A stretch of 64,000 nt of DNA from Octopus sinensis (lineage: Eukaryota): assembly GCF_006345805.1 (NCBI RefSeq), contig NC_042999.1, positions 105,028,001 to 105,092,000 on the forward strand, given 5' to 3'. The notes under the pieces are model-generated. The model did not search any database. It saw only the letters and a program-made list of their open reading frames with translations, and was not told the DNA's origin. The translations under genes were made by a program, and so were the position numbers. The stretch's first letter is position 1; the number at the start of each line of letters is the position of its first letter. Shown piece after piece: positions 1-13,163 of the stretch.

Positions 1-468
1 CCCAAACGATATAAACGTATCTATCAAAAACTGTGCAAATATAAAGATGTTGAAACAAAGATGAGCAAAATGTGGAACCTGAAGTCTAAACAATACCTGT
101 TGTCATAGGTGCCCTGGGAATGATAGCGAAAGGGGCTGATTGCTACCTAACTCAGATATCAGGAAACCCCAAAATGGCAGAAATTCAAAAGATAGTGCTC
201 ATGGGAACTGCTCATATCCTACGTAAAATACTTTCTATGTAATCTCAAGTTTTAAAACAAACATAATTTTCGTATGGTTTTTTTGTAGACATTCACTAGT
301 ACAACACTAAGTACAAAACAAAATATATGGCACTCTAGACATAATACCAACATGAACGTCCAGCTTGTTGTCTGTTGAGGTCTCTGGGTGAGACTTGGAG
401 CCAACTTGTATAAATGTAAAGCAAAAATCAAACATAGAATAATGATAATAATAATAATAATAAATAAA
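1..468 (+). mobile_element. 3' end of an R4/Dong-like non-LTR retrotransposon (REL endonuclease C-terminus, 3' UTR, (AAT)n tail)
   Basis: Frameshifted translation KYKDVETKMSKMWNLKS..PVVIGALGMIAKG...IQKIVLMGTAHILRKILSM* ending at 241; UTR ends in (AAT)n; same UTR on minus strand at 37510-37640. Confidence 0.8.
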
Positions 469-479
469 CCTTGGATTAA

Positions 480-1880
480 AGTACAATGAATACTGTGGAT
501 CCTAGCATTGGAAAGAAGAAAGCAATCCGTATGCTGAATAATGCTAACTGTAGACCCCATAAAAGGCGCAAAATGTGTAATTGTAGGGACCCTCTAATAT
601 GTCCAATTAGTGGAAATTGTTGCCAGGATAATGTTATTTATAAATGTAGCGTTGAAACGCAAAATGGCCAGAGAAAAATATATATTAGTAGTCCGATAGA
701 CTTCAAGTAGAGATACCGAAGCCACCTACATTCTTTTAACAATCCTAAATATAGGACATCTACGATATTGGCATCATATGTAAATGACCTTAAGGAAAAG
801 AATATTACATTCAAATGATCATGGTCTATCCTTACACACGCCCGTCCATATGGAATCGGATCCACTAGATGCGGTTTGTGCACCAGGAAAGCATACTTTA
901 TATTAAAAAACAATAATCATGCTATGTTGAATAAATTTACTGATGCAATACCAGCTTGTACACATATGATCTACTCTACGTTCTTGAAGAAATTAAAAAA
1001 TAAAAATAAATATCAGAAACCACAACAACAAAAACAACAACAACAACAAAAACAATAATAATAATAATAATAATAATAATTATTATAATAATAATAATAA
1101 TATAATTAAAACATAATATAATATTAAATGAATAAATAAAACAATAGGTATAGTATAAGGTTGCAATAGTGTAATAGGTATGATTTAGGTAACTAATTTA
1201 ATAAAAACATGGGAATAAATTTAAAGTGCAATAATGGGTTAGTCTGGGTTGAACTTAGCACATGCTTTTACCATAGTCTTCTGATTATATGCTAATTAGG
1301 TAATATTAGATAACTATAAAGGTGATAAGCGCAATGGCAAAATTTTCCTTGAGTCACTGGTATGCAATTGTATAATTGCATTTCTGTATTTGTTTTTTTC
1401 TGTACTGTGTTAAAACATCGTGATGAGGGTAGTGTCAGGTTTAAAAATATGAAATATATCATATTACTTGTCACGTCTCTGAAACGGCCCGTAGATGGAA
1501 TTTTTAAATGTTGTAATATTTTCGTGGTATTTTAGTACGTCCTTTTAATGTTTTATCATATCAAATTTTATTACGCCGTTTTATTATAACTTTTAAATCT
1601 AAAATTCAGTGTTTTATATATCGATATTTATCTATTTATATGTATTTTTATATTTATATATTTGGAATTTTTACATCCGTTTTATTAATGTAGAAGAATA
1701 TTTGTATGTATTTGATTTTGAGTGTGGTTATTAGGTACTTCCAGTTTGTGCTTGTATTGCCTCTATTCAGATTATTAAGCGGAAAGTTGCTCACTTGGAA
1801 CACTACAACTCCAGGCTGTATATTATTTGTGAGTATTGTTAACATTAGTAATCTCAAAATAAAGCAGTGTATTTTGTATA
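480..1880 (+). mobile_element. Decayed Penelope-like element (Neptune-like): Cys-rich linker, GIY-YIG endonuclease and 3' pLTR-like region
   Basis: CNCRDPLICPISGNCCQDNVIYKC..KIYISS..FK*RYRSHLHSF..T.LASY..LK...W.IL..Y..RCGLCTRK..LNK..CTH at 486-1000 with stops; HHR-like motif at 1416-1497; 3' boundary uncertain. Confidence 0.75.
1416..1497 (+). ncRNA. Degenerate type I hammerhead ribozyme in the PLE 3' region
   Basis: CATC-GTGATGA-(long imperfect stem)-GAAAC-GGCCC-GTA-GATG; helix I CATC/GATG; core C3 replaced by G. Confidence 0.45.
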
Positions 1881-1930
1881 TATATACATGTATATATATA
1901 TATATATGTGTATATATATATATATATATA

Positions 1931-2069
1931 TACGACGGCATTTTTTTAGATTCCATCTACCAAATCCACCCACAACGCTTTGGTCAGCCAATGCTATAGT
2001 AGAAGACACTGAACACGGAAACATGTAGCTGGTAAGCAAGCTACTTACCACAGAACCACTCCTGCGCCT
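1931..2069 (-). mobile_element. SINE family B (CORE-like, tRNA-derived), 5' part with internal deletion
   Basis: Matches 10766-10930 on the same strand (ctaccaaatccac..gctatagtagaagacact..gctacttaccac). Confidence 0.8.
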
Positions 2070-2124
2070 ATATATATGTCACTGGAAAATGTATATAATA
2101 TACATAGTTGCATAGGGAACTACT

Positions 2125-2360
2125 TCGTATTACCAATCGGTTGTTGTCACACACTGATGATGGGTCAATACCCAGAAACTCGGGACCGTGAGTATCACGT
2201 CAGGCTGGAGATGGGAAAGATTACTTCCTTTTGCAAATACGGATAGGGTACAGAAAGTGTGTCGTCGATAGCCAGCTAGAGGAGATGTCTTCCTGAGACT
2301 ATAAACTACAGTAGCATCAACCAATAATGGTTAGCCACATTCAGGTGGCAAATATACTTC
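2125..2360 (+). mobile_element. HHR-bearing non-coding unit homologous to the arms of the 9988-10480 element
   Basis: Downstream sequence gctggagatggga..acagaaagtgtgtcg..gccacattc.ggtggcaaata aligns by eye with 10325-10480. Confidence 0.6.
2154..2195 (+). ncRNA. Hammerhead ribozyme core (helix I not formed)
   Basis: CTGATGA-TGGGT-caat-ACCCA-GAA-ACTC-gggaccgt-GAGT-A; helices II and III perfect, GUA site after 2194, only 1 bp of helix I. Confidence 0.5.
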
Positions 2361-2405
2361 ACGATGACGTGCAGCTACTTTTTATATATCGCTCAGACAA
2401 TTGCC

Positions 2406-2482
<77 letters not shown>

Positions 2483-2631
2483 ACAGAAAACCATAAATGT
2501 AACTGATGGAACATTATTTAATTACTTTCAACTGCAGTTTCAATATATGTAAACATTATTAACACTATAATTATGCAATTATGACGCTTAATATATAAAC
2601 TTGAATTTCTTGAAAGCAACAGTGGGACAGA

Positions 2632-2708
<77 letters not shown>

Positions 2709-2899
2709 AAATAGAAAGATGAATTTTCTTGTTACAGATTATTCAAAAGTTTAACCGATACCTGGGTAGCAAAAATCACAGCAGAAAATACACGGTTGGA
2801 GATAAGACCATTTGGTGTTGCAACCGTGCGTTGGTGCGGATAATTGAAGTTTAATATTATTATTGAATGGAAGAAATGGAGTTGAACGAAGATTGTACA

Positions 2900-3009
2900 G
2901 AATTCCTTTTATTACATTCTACACATGTTTCAAAGGCCACAAATTTCCAAATTCTGATTAAATAAGGGTACCATATTGTGGCTTTCTCATCAGGAAAAAA
3001 CAGGAATTC
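2900..3009 (-). ncRNA. Type I hammerhead ribozyme with extended helix II
   Basis: Minus strand: GAATTCCT-gtttt-TTC-CTGATGA-GAAAGCCACAA..TTGTGGCCTTT-GAAAC-ATGT-GTA-GAA-tgtaataaa-AGGAATTC; full core, bipartite helix I, cleavage predicted between 2920 and 2919. Confidence 0.8.
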
Positions 3010-3059
3010 CGTTGACAGAACAAAACAGAACAGAGGCGCAGCAAATCGAACGAGGAGGC

Positions 3060-3385
3060 TCTTTAAGAGCCCATGGCTGAACTGTTTATCAATGTACCAT
3101 TGATAAATGTACCATTGATAAACAGTTCAGCCAGTCGGACAGTGAGGAAAGGCGTTTCCATGGCTGAGGAAAGGAGAGCACAGCTGTGGTCGGACAGGCG
3201 GGACAGGAGGAGGACAACTGCAGCAACACCCCACACGTCCCCATCGATGTTCGTGTGCAGCAACTGTACCAGGGACTGCCACTCTAGAATTGGACTGTTC
3301 AGTCACAGCAGACGCTGCTCATCATCAAAGTAGGTCCCACCCTTGGCGCGACCCATTGTCTATCAAGACAGACGGGGGTTAGATA
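3060..3385 (+). mobile_element. 3' end of an RTE (BovB-like) LINE
   Basis: RTVRKGVSMAEERR..RRDRRR..FVCSNCTRDCHSRIGLFSHSRRC* C-terminal Cys/His motif typical of RTE. Confidence 0.8.
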
Positions 3386-4239
3386 GATGTGTGATATATT
3401 TATATTATATATTTATATTATTATATGACTGAACACCACGCATCCATTTCCAAGTAAGTTTATGTATTTGAGTGAATATATTTTCTATCTATCTACTTAT
3501 CTAGTGAAACCGTCAACACAAAAGCGAAGAATATCAAAAATATTTGATAAACACATACCAACATATAACTTGATTTTCCCACAGGGTGAAAAAGACAATT
3601 TAAAGCGAAAATAAAAAAAGTATAACCATGTACATACACGTATATCGCCATATTAATGAATATATAAACCCTGTACGTTAATGTACATTGAACAATGTAC
3701 ACTTACACACTCACACAATTATACATATACACACATATGCATGTGTATATGTAGTCGCTGAAGCGTAGAATGACTTAAAATGGTATATATCTAAATCTAT
3801 ATAAACAAATATATATATTGAAACCTACATATCCATTGTTATATACATACATATAATATATGTATGTATATAATATATAATATATATATACACATACATA
3901 TATTATATGTATATATTCTAATATTATATATCATATTATATTATAAATAATATACAACTCATAAATTCTTACATATGTGTTTTAAAACAAGCAAATATTC
4001 ATGCTTATATTAATATTCTTTAAGCATAGGTTCAAATTCTATAGTTCATTTTTTTTTCTAATTATATCAATATCAGGTTATTAAGAATGAAATATCCGAT
4101 TTTGAACTGAAAGTTTATTTTACTTTATCTCAGTAAAAATCAGTGCAGTTAATCAAACTACGCACCTGAATTATAAGCAAAATTTTGCCATTTGATAGGT
4201 AAGTTATTTATGCCGGCAGCGAAGAATTCTGGAGAGCAA

Positions 4240-4880
4240 GAGGTGATGAAATCACGAAAGGCTGTTTTTGCAATTCCTTCAGATCTGAAGATTTTCCCTT
4301 GCAAAATGTTGTCTAATGCCTGGAAAGCGTGATAGTTGGTGCAGGTCTGGTGAATATGGTGGTTGACAGAGTACTTCCAAGTTCAGTTCCTGTAACATGA
4401 TTAGCGTTCTTTGTGCAACATGTAGTCGATCAATGACTTGCAAGAAAATTGGCACGTCTCTATTGACCAATCTCAGTGGTTTACTTGCAAGTTCACTCAT
4501 CGTATCATCCAATGGGTTGATGTATACATATACTGTAATTGACTTACTGGGTCTCATGAAGCTGTAGTGGATGACACCAACGCTGGACCACCAAACAGAC
4601 ACCATTAGCTTTTTTTATTTGGTGAATATTTGTTTGGATTGTTTTGGCACTTCGTCTCTATCCAACCACTGTATTATTGTTGAAAAGAATCCATTTTTCA
4701 TCACACATAACAATACGATGCAAAAAAATGGCTCTCATTTATGTCGTGACTCCAAAGAACAAGTTTCAAGACGACGTGTTATTTGATGTAGCCACAACTT
4801 TTCTAGCGGCCACATCTTTTATTATATAGTTAATGGACAACCTGTGAATGGTTTGAGTTTCTGTTGCCGAACAAACGGTT
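4240..4880 (-). mobile_element. Decayed mariner transposase fragment
   Basis: FLHRIVMCDEKWI, VSVWWSSVGVIHYSF, LQELNLEVLCQPPYSPDL motifs. Confidence 0.85.
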
Positions 4881-5037
4881 TGTCTGCATTCGTGGTACTA
4901 ATGTGGTAGATGTATTTCTCCTCTTTGTTTCACCAAGCGTATACATATGCATATACAGATGTGTATTAAATCCCTCAAACTCTCTCTGTCTGTCTTTCTC
5001 TTTTCTTCCTTCCTTTATTTATTTCTTGCTACTTTTT

Positions 5038-5076
<39 letters not shown>

Positions 5077-5349
5077 GTCTGTCTGTATGTCTGTCTCTAT
5101 GTATACACGCACACATCTATACTTACACCAACTCTATCTTTACATCTACTATATATTTTGTAGAGAGTTCTACATCTTTTAATGTTTATTCATCATATAG
5201 AATACATTCGTATTTGCTAAATGTTCGCATAAGTTATGTCTCTATATGATTGTTTGTGTATATGACTGTACGAGTGAGAGTTTTGTGAATATATGTGCAG
5301 GTTTTTGGCAAGATGGAAAGTTCCATAGTTAAACAGATAAAAATGGTCA

Positions 5350-5384
<35 letters not shown>

Positions 5385-5486
5385 GAAAACAACAGACGCA
5401 AATACTGTGAGGAGAAGAAAGAGGATATTAAGACATGACTGTCCTATACATACACGCATACGCATGTTATATACATATATACATAC

Positions 5487-5517
<31 letters not shown>

Positions 5518-5552
5518 GATATATATATATACATATATATATACATACATAA

Positions 5553-5585
<33 letters not shown>

Positions 5586-5831
5586 TATATATATATACAT
5601 ATATGCAAGAGAGAAAGGAGAGGGAGAGAGAGAGAAAGAAGTAATATATAGTCAATAGGTGAATGAGAGATATACACAAAGAAAAATAGAGACAAATATA
5701 AAGATGTAATTATTGAGACGTAGACGGTACGTTAGATTCCTGAAGTCAACGAATGACTGGAGTGTGGTCATTGAAGAAAAGACAAACAGAATATAAATTC
5801 AAATTGTATCTAAACACAAAGGACTGATGTA

Positions 5832-5950
5832 GTTAATTCTTGAGGTCATTGAATAATAATTGTTTCTTCTGACATTTGAAATACAACAATTGATATATAG
5901 TGTTATTTCAGGTCAGTTCTATTTCTGTAATCTAATCAGTGTAGATTAGC
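5832..5950. repeat. Unclassified dispersed repeat, copy 1
   Basis: gttaattcttgaggtca.tgaataataattgtttctt.tgacattt..aaattgatatatag also at 12824-12945. Confidence 0.55.
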
Positions 5951-6570
5951 AGAAACAGCCGAATATTCTATCTAGTATCATTTTTCAGAATTCTTACAGA
6001 TTACATCTACAATAATGGACGATAGATCTTCGTTCATTCTTCCTTATTTTTTGCAGTCATGTTCTATCTAAAACTGCATTATGCTACGCATCCTTTATTT
6101 TCAATGATGATATGATATGCTGTGATATATAAATGGCTGCGGTTACTGTATGTTTAAAGTAGACTGTGGATGATCCATTTTCTGATGGTATATTCAAATA
6201 AGCAGAACTTTAAGGGAACTAACAATATGTGGGTATGTGTGTGTACATATGTGTATGTGCATACACTGAGACTCCAGTATGAGGATACAACGACGATTTA
6301 ATTCATTACTGATTGGGATCATTCAAGTGACATCATGTTAACTGTATGTACCTGGTAATATCAGAGCTCTATTCATTCTCATCGGTGACGTTCACTCAAG
6401 TTACTCGCGGGAGTAACGTTCAATGTGTTTTGGCAACTGGTTAGAGAACGTTATTTTGACCTGTCGATATTTTACTGACACCGACAAAGCACACGGGCGT
6501 TGTCTGAAGGTTTTGTAGGCTTCAAAAGATTTGGAATTTACATAGCACCGAATTGCCTTCAGAGTTTGGA

Positions 6571-6601
<31 letters not shown>

Positions 6602-6799
6602 TGTATGTATGTATGTATGTAGGTAGGTAGGTAGGTAGGTAGATACATATATATATTATATATTATATATATATGTATATTATGCATATATGTATATATT
6701 ATATATATGTATATATATATATATGTATACATATATATACATATATAATATTTATGTATACACACACGCACACACACACGCGCGCACACACACACATAT

Positions 6800-9700
6800 A
6801 TATATATGTATACAAAGAATACTAAAGTTTAACAGGAGAAACCAAAGAAACCGAAGGTGAAGACATGTGTAGAGGAGGACAACAACAGCAAATTAAAGCA
6901 GGAGAAACAATTGAAGATAAAGGTACCTACGCACCGCCGAGCTTAGAATGGATGTGAGCCCAAGGTGGGTTCACAAGAAAAACGAAATAGAACCTGCAAA
7001 GTCATATGGCTTTGATCGAAAGGGGACCAAACCAGTCCGTAAGTCCTATGTAAAGGCTATCTACTGGCATGGTGTCATTTGGACAGGCTGTAAATTTGCT
7101 CATCCCAAATCCCATGTGAACAGTACTCATTCAACTTGCGCAAAGAACAGTCTCCAGTGACATAGTCAAATCACATGATACAATGCCACCACCATGGCAT
7201 GGAAGTGTGTGGATGGTACACGCAAACTCTTAGGAGGAAACAAACTGTGGCAGCAGTGTAGATAGTGGCTACTGAACAACAGACATTTTTGGAGGTTGCA
7301 CAGAAGATTGGAAGGTATGTGAGCTGGGTTCACCAGACACTCAATATGAGGACACAGCTAAAACAGCAGAGGATCCAGGGTGGCCACTTCTGCAAAGGTT
7401 AGACCAGTGGCAACATCTTACCCCTACGTGTCACACCAGTATTCTTGCTGAACATTAGTGGCCTCGTAACATCCCAACAACGCAAACACAGTACTTGGGA
7501 GACTTAATGACATGTAATCAAGCAATATGCGTGTCACTAACAAAAGCACAGCTGAACCTGGACATATCATATGAGATACACATACCGCTGTATGTTGTGT
7601 TTCGAACTGACAAGAGAGAAAGGAATTGGCAATGTACATCTGAGAAGATGTACCTTCTCTCAAGTAAGTCACTGCACGGCTTGAGACATGCAGAACCTCT
7701 CCTTGACCTCATTAACATGCTCTTTAGGAAGCAAATAATGCTCCATGCACGAAAGGGAAATTGTCCTGTACCTCTGCTTCACAAATTATACGAGGCTCAT
7801 CCATTATGTTAAGGTGACACCGACGATGTTCACGGACCATAACGTAATAGAGCTAACAATGTATGGTCCGCAGAAGACTACAGACATTTAGGATATTGAC
7901 GTAAAGCTACAACGACAATCATGCATGACATATGCAGTAAGTTTGCTTCAGAGAGGATACCAAGCCAGCAGAAAGATATATTACCCAGGGATAAGAGGAA
8001 TTTAATGAGACGACGAGCAAAAATCACAAATCGTTTAAATATGCCACTAAAGAATAACAAACGATCGTATCTCAAACAAACATTGCTCGAGAACGAAAAT
8101 GAACTCAGATACTCTCATGAAATGGGGATGGCAAAAAAACGAAGCCAGAGCTGTCAAAAATATTAAGACAAGCATAGGTATGCAAAAGAGTCTGCTTCAA
8201 TACGGTACAAAATAGGGCCTCTATTTAAAGAAAATGGTTCACCGACTGCAGACCCAGAGGATCAGTGAAATATTCAATGAGCAATACAAGAGTGTTTTCA
8301 CCCCTCCATTGGGACACTTGCAATGAGCTATGCCAGATGTGTTCTTAGAATACACGGCTCTACACAACAAAATCCTAAAGAAAAGCAAAGGGGCTCTAAC
8401 AAGACCAGATTCTCTTCCACAGCTTCCTCACAATTGGGTGACTTCTCTAAAAGTTAAAGGAAGGCATAATATGCCTTATCCATACGGGTGGTAGTAGAGC
8501 AGATGCTAAACATTAGAGAACATGTCAGCAAAGTCATAGAGCACTCTATCAGGAAAAAACTAATTGCGTTCCTTAAAGATAATGACTTGCTTCCTGACAC
8601 CCAGCTTGGCTTTTATGAAAGCAGAAGCTGCCTTACAAAGCTTTTGCAACACTATTACTGGGTGTTGAAACAATTAATGAATCGCTCAAACGTGGATGTG
8701 ATATATCTCTACTTCGCAGAGGCCTTTGATAAGGCTGATCATGGGATGAGATGTCACAAACTACGGAGACTCGCCACAACTGGGAAAATCGGAGTGTGGT
8801 TGCAAGACTTCTTAAAAGACAGAAGCCAGACTGTAACAGCCAACGGGATCTCCCCAAGGAGACAGTAATGCGGAGTATCTCAGAAAGCTGTATCGGGGCC
8901 GCAAATGTCCATGGTGTCACTTTCAGACACGCCTTCAGTTTCACAGACAGGCACACTTACTAGCTATGCTGATGACCCAAAAGTAGTACTCGTAGTCAAG
9001 GAATCTTCTGAAGAAAACCCTACGTGCCATATATAAATTTGCTGAGGACAAGATGAAATTAATACAAGCAAATTCCAAGCCCCCGGCTATCAGCTAAGTT
9101 GTTCCCAAGAGTCGCAACAAGGATACTCTGGACCAAAAGGAGCGGCAATCCCAGAATCATGTACAGTGTGAGATCTTGGGATTGATTTGAGCAATGATGC
9201 CTTGTTTCACATGCATATCACCAGGATGGTGGCAGCGTGCTGGCGAATGGCCGGATGGATTCTGAGAACCTTCAGAAAAGGGACCGGGAAACTATACTGT
9301 TCCTATGGAGGACATTTATCCTCAGCCATCTGGACCTCTGCTCTCAACTATGTTCAACTTACAGTGCCGGATTAATATCGGAACTTGAGGCGATTCAGCG
9401 ATGCTGCACAAGGAAGATTGCATCAATGGAACAGCTGAACTACTGGGAGAGAATTAAAAACTTACGATTCTACTCCTTGAAGCGAAGGCAGGAGAGGTAT
9501 TCAGTGATATATGTGTGGAAGCTACTAGTGGGGCTGGCATTAAACTTGGGAATTGTGAGTTATACCAGACCTCGAATTGGACGACATCGCACTCTTCCAA
9601 AAGTCCCAGCTGTCCCATCTAAGCTGAGCACTATGTACTGCAAAAGTTTGGCCTTCAAGGGCCCACAGCTAGTTAATGCCTTGCCAAAACATCTGAGGTA

Positions 9701-9930
9701 TCTCCATAGAGTAGGGGTAGATGTTTTCAAGTAACAACTTCACCGCTTGCTATCCAAGATCCCAGATGAACCAATATCAAGGCAAAAAATTGAAAACAGG
9801 GCTACAGTGTCATATTCATACCTTCACTAAAAGCCAATCACATAGAATTGGCCAGTTAAAAGATGATTACACTGACGGTGCCCTAACATAGCCACAGCTT
9901 CAGGGTTGAAGCATATAAAAGATTAAAAGA
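6800..9930 (+). mobile_element. Decayed CR1/L2-group LINE (APE-like region, RT, C-terminus)
   Basis: SKVIEHSIRKKLIAFLKDNDLLPDTQLGF..RSCLTKLL..DVIYLYFAEAFDKADH; YADD at ~8964; LEAIQR..YWERIKNLRFYSLKRRQERY; many stops and frameshifts. Confidence 0.85.
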
Positions 9931-9987
9931 GCACACACACGCATATATATAAATAGAAACATTCAGTAACAGTACTCTAAAGTGAAT

Positions 9988-10480
9988 ATTATTTACCAAC
10001 AATGTGGTAGTCCTGTTATTTAGACCCAGGGTACATAGTCCCAGCGGCTTATACTACACACTATCTATGTCCTTATATTTTCGAAGGAAGGAGTTTAGCG
10101 TCCCCACTCAGCACAGAGCAATATATGCGTGCTGCAGTTTCTGGGTTATTACACTTCGTCAGTACGGAATTTTTCTATTTATTAGATCAGGGTCAGGGTG
10201 TCAGATTGAAAATTATATATTTTCGAACAGGAATATATCAGTGCCATCTATCACTAAGCCGTTATTCTGTGCTGACGAAGTGAAATAACTCAGAAACCGA
10301 TATTAATCCGGCACTGTAAGATATTGCTTTGTGCTGAGTGGGGACGCTAAACTCCCTTGTTCGAAAATATAAGGAGACAGATAGTGTGTCGTATAGCCAA
10401 CACGAGACGATGTTTCTTGGGGCTAAATAAGAGTAACATTCGTTCTAACCAGGACTGCCACGTTATGCTGGCAAATAATA
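9988..10480. mobile_element. Inverted-repeat element made of two opposed copies of an HHR-like unit
   Basis: Arms ~9988-10170 and ~10262-10480 are reverse complements (10064-10120 vs 10321-10375 nearly identical); each has CTGACGA..GAAAC at its inner end. Confidence 0.75.
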
Positions 10481-10515
10481 TTTACTCTCTCTCTCTCTTT
10501 ATATATATATATATA

Positions 10516-10930
10516 CTCTTTAATCCTTTACTTGTTTCAGTCATTTGACTGTGGCCATGCTGGAGTAACGCCTATAGTCGAGCAAATCGACCCCAGGACT
10601 TATTCTTTGTAAGCCTAGTACTTATTCTATCGGTCTCTTTTTGCCGAACTGTTAAGTTACAGGGACGTAGACATACCACCATCGGTTGTCAAGCGACGTT
10701 GGGAGGGACAAACACAGACACACAAACATACACACACACACACACACATATATATATACATATATACGACGGGCTTCTTTCAGTTTCCGTCTACCAAATC
10801 CACTCACAAGGCTTTGGTCGGCCCGAGGCTATAGTAGAAGACACTTGCCCAAGGTGGTACGCAGTGGGGCTGAACCCGGAACCATGTGGTTGGTAGGCAA
10901 GCTACTTACCACACAGCCACTCCTACGCCT
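10516..10930 (-). mobile_element. SINE family B, full length, with internal microsatellite
   Basis: tRNA-like head, CORE-like caccttgggcaagtgtctt block, 3' end ggcg.t.ctccagcatggcc.cagtcaaatgactgaaacaagtaaaag. Confidence 0.9.
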
Positions 10931-10947
10931 ATATATATATATATATA

Positions 10948-11024
10948 GGGAGAGTTTACGAAAAAAACAAAAGACGAAGACATGTGGTGTATAAAACAAA
11001 CAGATGTATTAGTATAACGCTCAG

Positions 11025-11026
<2 letters not shown>
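10948..11026 (-). repeat. 3' fragment of the repeat family at 46600-46740 and 50560-50660
   Basis: Reverse complement ttcctgagcgttatactaatacatctgtttg matches ttcccgagcgttaaactaatgcatctgcttg at ~46668. Confidence 0.55.
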
Positions 11027-11104
<78 letters not shown>

Positions 11105-12823
11105 CTGTGCTGTATTTCCATTTTGTTAATCATGTAGTATTTAATATCATAAGCTTAATGGCGTCGAGGATACGCTAACACTGCTCTTGAGATGTTTATA
11201 TTAAACTGTAGGTAAGGTAGGAGAGTAATTAAAGTAGTAGGGAAATTGAACTCTTGGCAGAAAAACTAATATTGAGTGTGTGTATGTTGAGGTATTGCCC
11301 ACATGTTCTAATTTTGTACACAGAAACAAACTCACGTATAGTAATCTATGTATATATGCATTCTAGACATAGCGTACCTTACATTTTTATATATAATTTA
11401 GTTTTTCCAAACACGGCATCAATATTGTTACAATCTTGCTAAAATACAACTATATAAATATGCATGATTTTATACATTTTAATATAGTTTAGAACAACAC
11501 AATATATTTTTGTACATATTAATATAGATATCTATTCAAAATCTATTTTCCTATCTACTAGAATTTTGTAATATCTTTTAGGATATTTACATTGATATAT
11601 ACCAGTACATACTACATTCTTTTCACAGTATTTAAATATATAACTTCATAAATAAATGTATTGCTTTATTGTGTCTGAATCATTCTATACGCAGCAAATC
11701 TCTCGCTATATCGGTTTTAAAAATCAAAAATATACAACAGTGGATGTAATATATAATATAACTAGAACTTTTAATAGTTCAGTTTAAGCATTTGTTTAGC
11801 ATGATTCTTGATATGAAAATGTTTGTTGAAACAGATATAGTAATATTTGGGTATGGCCATTTTGCCAATAAACACACGAATTACTTGTTCTGCTGTCTGT
11901 TCCATCATGTCTAGACGCAAGAAAAAGCACAGAGAAAAGGATCACAGTCACTGAAGAGGTTAAGAATGTGTGAAGAAAGAACTCAGACAAATAAACTTTA
12001 ATAAGAAATCTGAAGAAAATATAAAAAAAAAATAGTGGTAAAATGACTGTCACCATATACAGTAACGTTGGCCATTTCCTTTAATGAAACTTTCCTGGCT
12101 TTCTAATGGTGTTGTTTAATACGTGGGAGATGGAAATTAAAATCCACTTGCTGGTATTTTTCCGTCAATTTTCTTGGATTGGATACCAGAGAAAGACATC
12201 TTATTTCGTCTTCTCCAGCAAAGTTTTCGCTTCTACAAACATACCATTGACGGAAAGGAGGAGAAAGAAATGAAGAGAGAGAGAGACGGAGAGAGAGAGA
12301 GAGAGAGAGAGAATGAGAACCAGAGCGAAACAACCAAAAAAAAAAACGCAATAAAAATGCTGCACGACATTAGGCTAAGAAATGGAGAGAAGATTAGAGA
12401 CATCTACAGAGACTGACAAAAATTGCGAAAGGTTTTCAGAAACAGATGAAGATTTAGGAAGATAAAAAGAATGAAGTATAATGATCAATAAATGTAAGAG
12501 AGGGGAACGAAACGAGAGACTACTACAGACATAGAAAAGACAAAGAAAACAACCTGTGGTCCTACAAATACAAAATCAAAAACAAAAGGCTGACAGACAT
12601 ATATATACATATGAATATATATATACATATATATATATAGAGAGAGAAAGAGAGAGTGAGACAGATAGAGAAAGAAAGAGAAAAAGGAGGAAGATATACA
12701 GCTCGAGATATAGAATATTTGAGATACTTGAAATCGAAAGTAATTTAACTGGAATGTTATTGTACAATAAAATATAAACAGCAAATATATTCAAATTATA
12801 TCCATACACAAAAGAACTGTCTT

Positions 12824-12945
12824 GTTAATTCTTGAGGTCACTGAATAATAATTGTTTCTTGTGACATTTAAATAAAACAATTGATATATAGCAATACATC
12901 AGGTCAGTTCATCTTCAGAAATGTAAAACTGGCAGTATCGTTTCT
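12824..12945. repeat. Unclassified dispersed repeat, copy 2
   Basis: Similar to 5832-5950. Confidence 0.55.
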
Positions 12946-13163
12946 TTTCCCAATAGTCTGGCGTGTAGTAGGATCAGAGTCACATTTACTTTTCAATTAT
13001 ATTGGGCTCTATGAAATAAGTGTACCAAATAGGTCATATGCTGACCTGGTGATAATTGACATTACACCTACCTTACTAATACGTGGCCTTATCAAAAATA
13101 AAACAAAACAAAAACAAATCATCATCATCATCACCATCAGTTCTATCGTTCTTTTTATTACTG

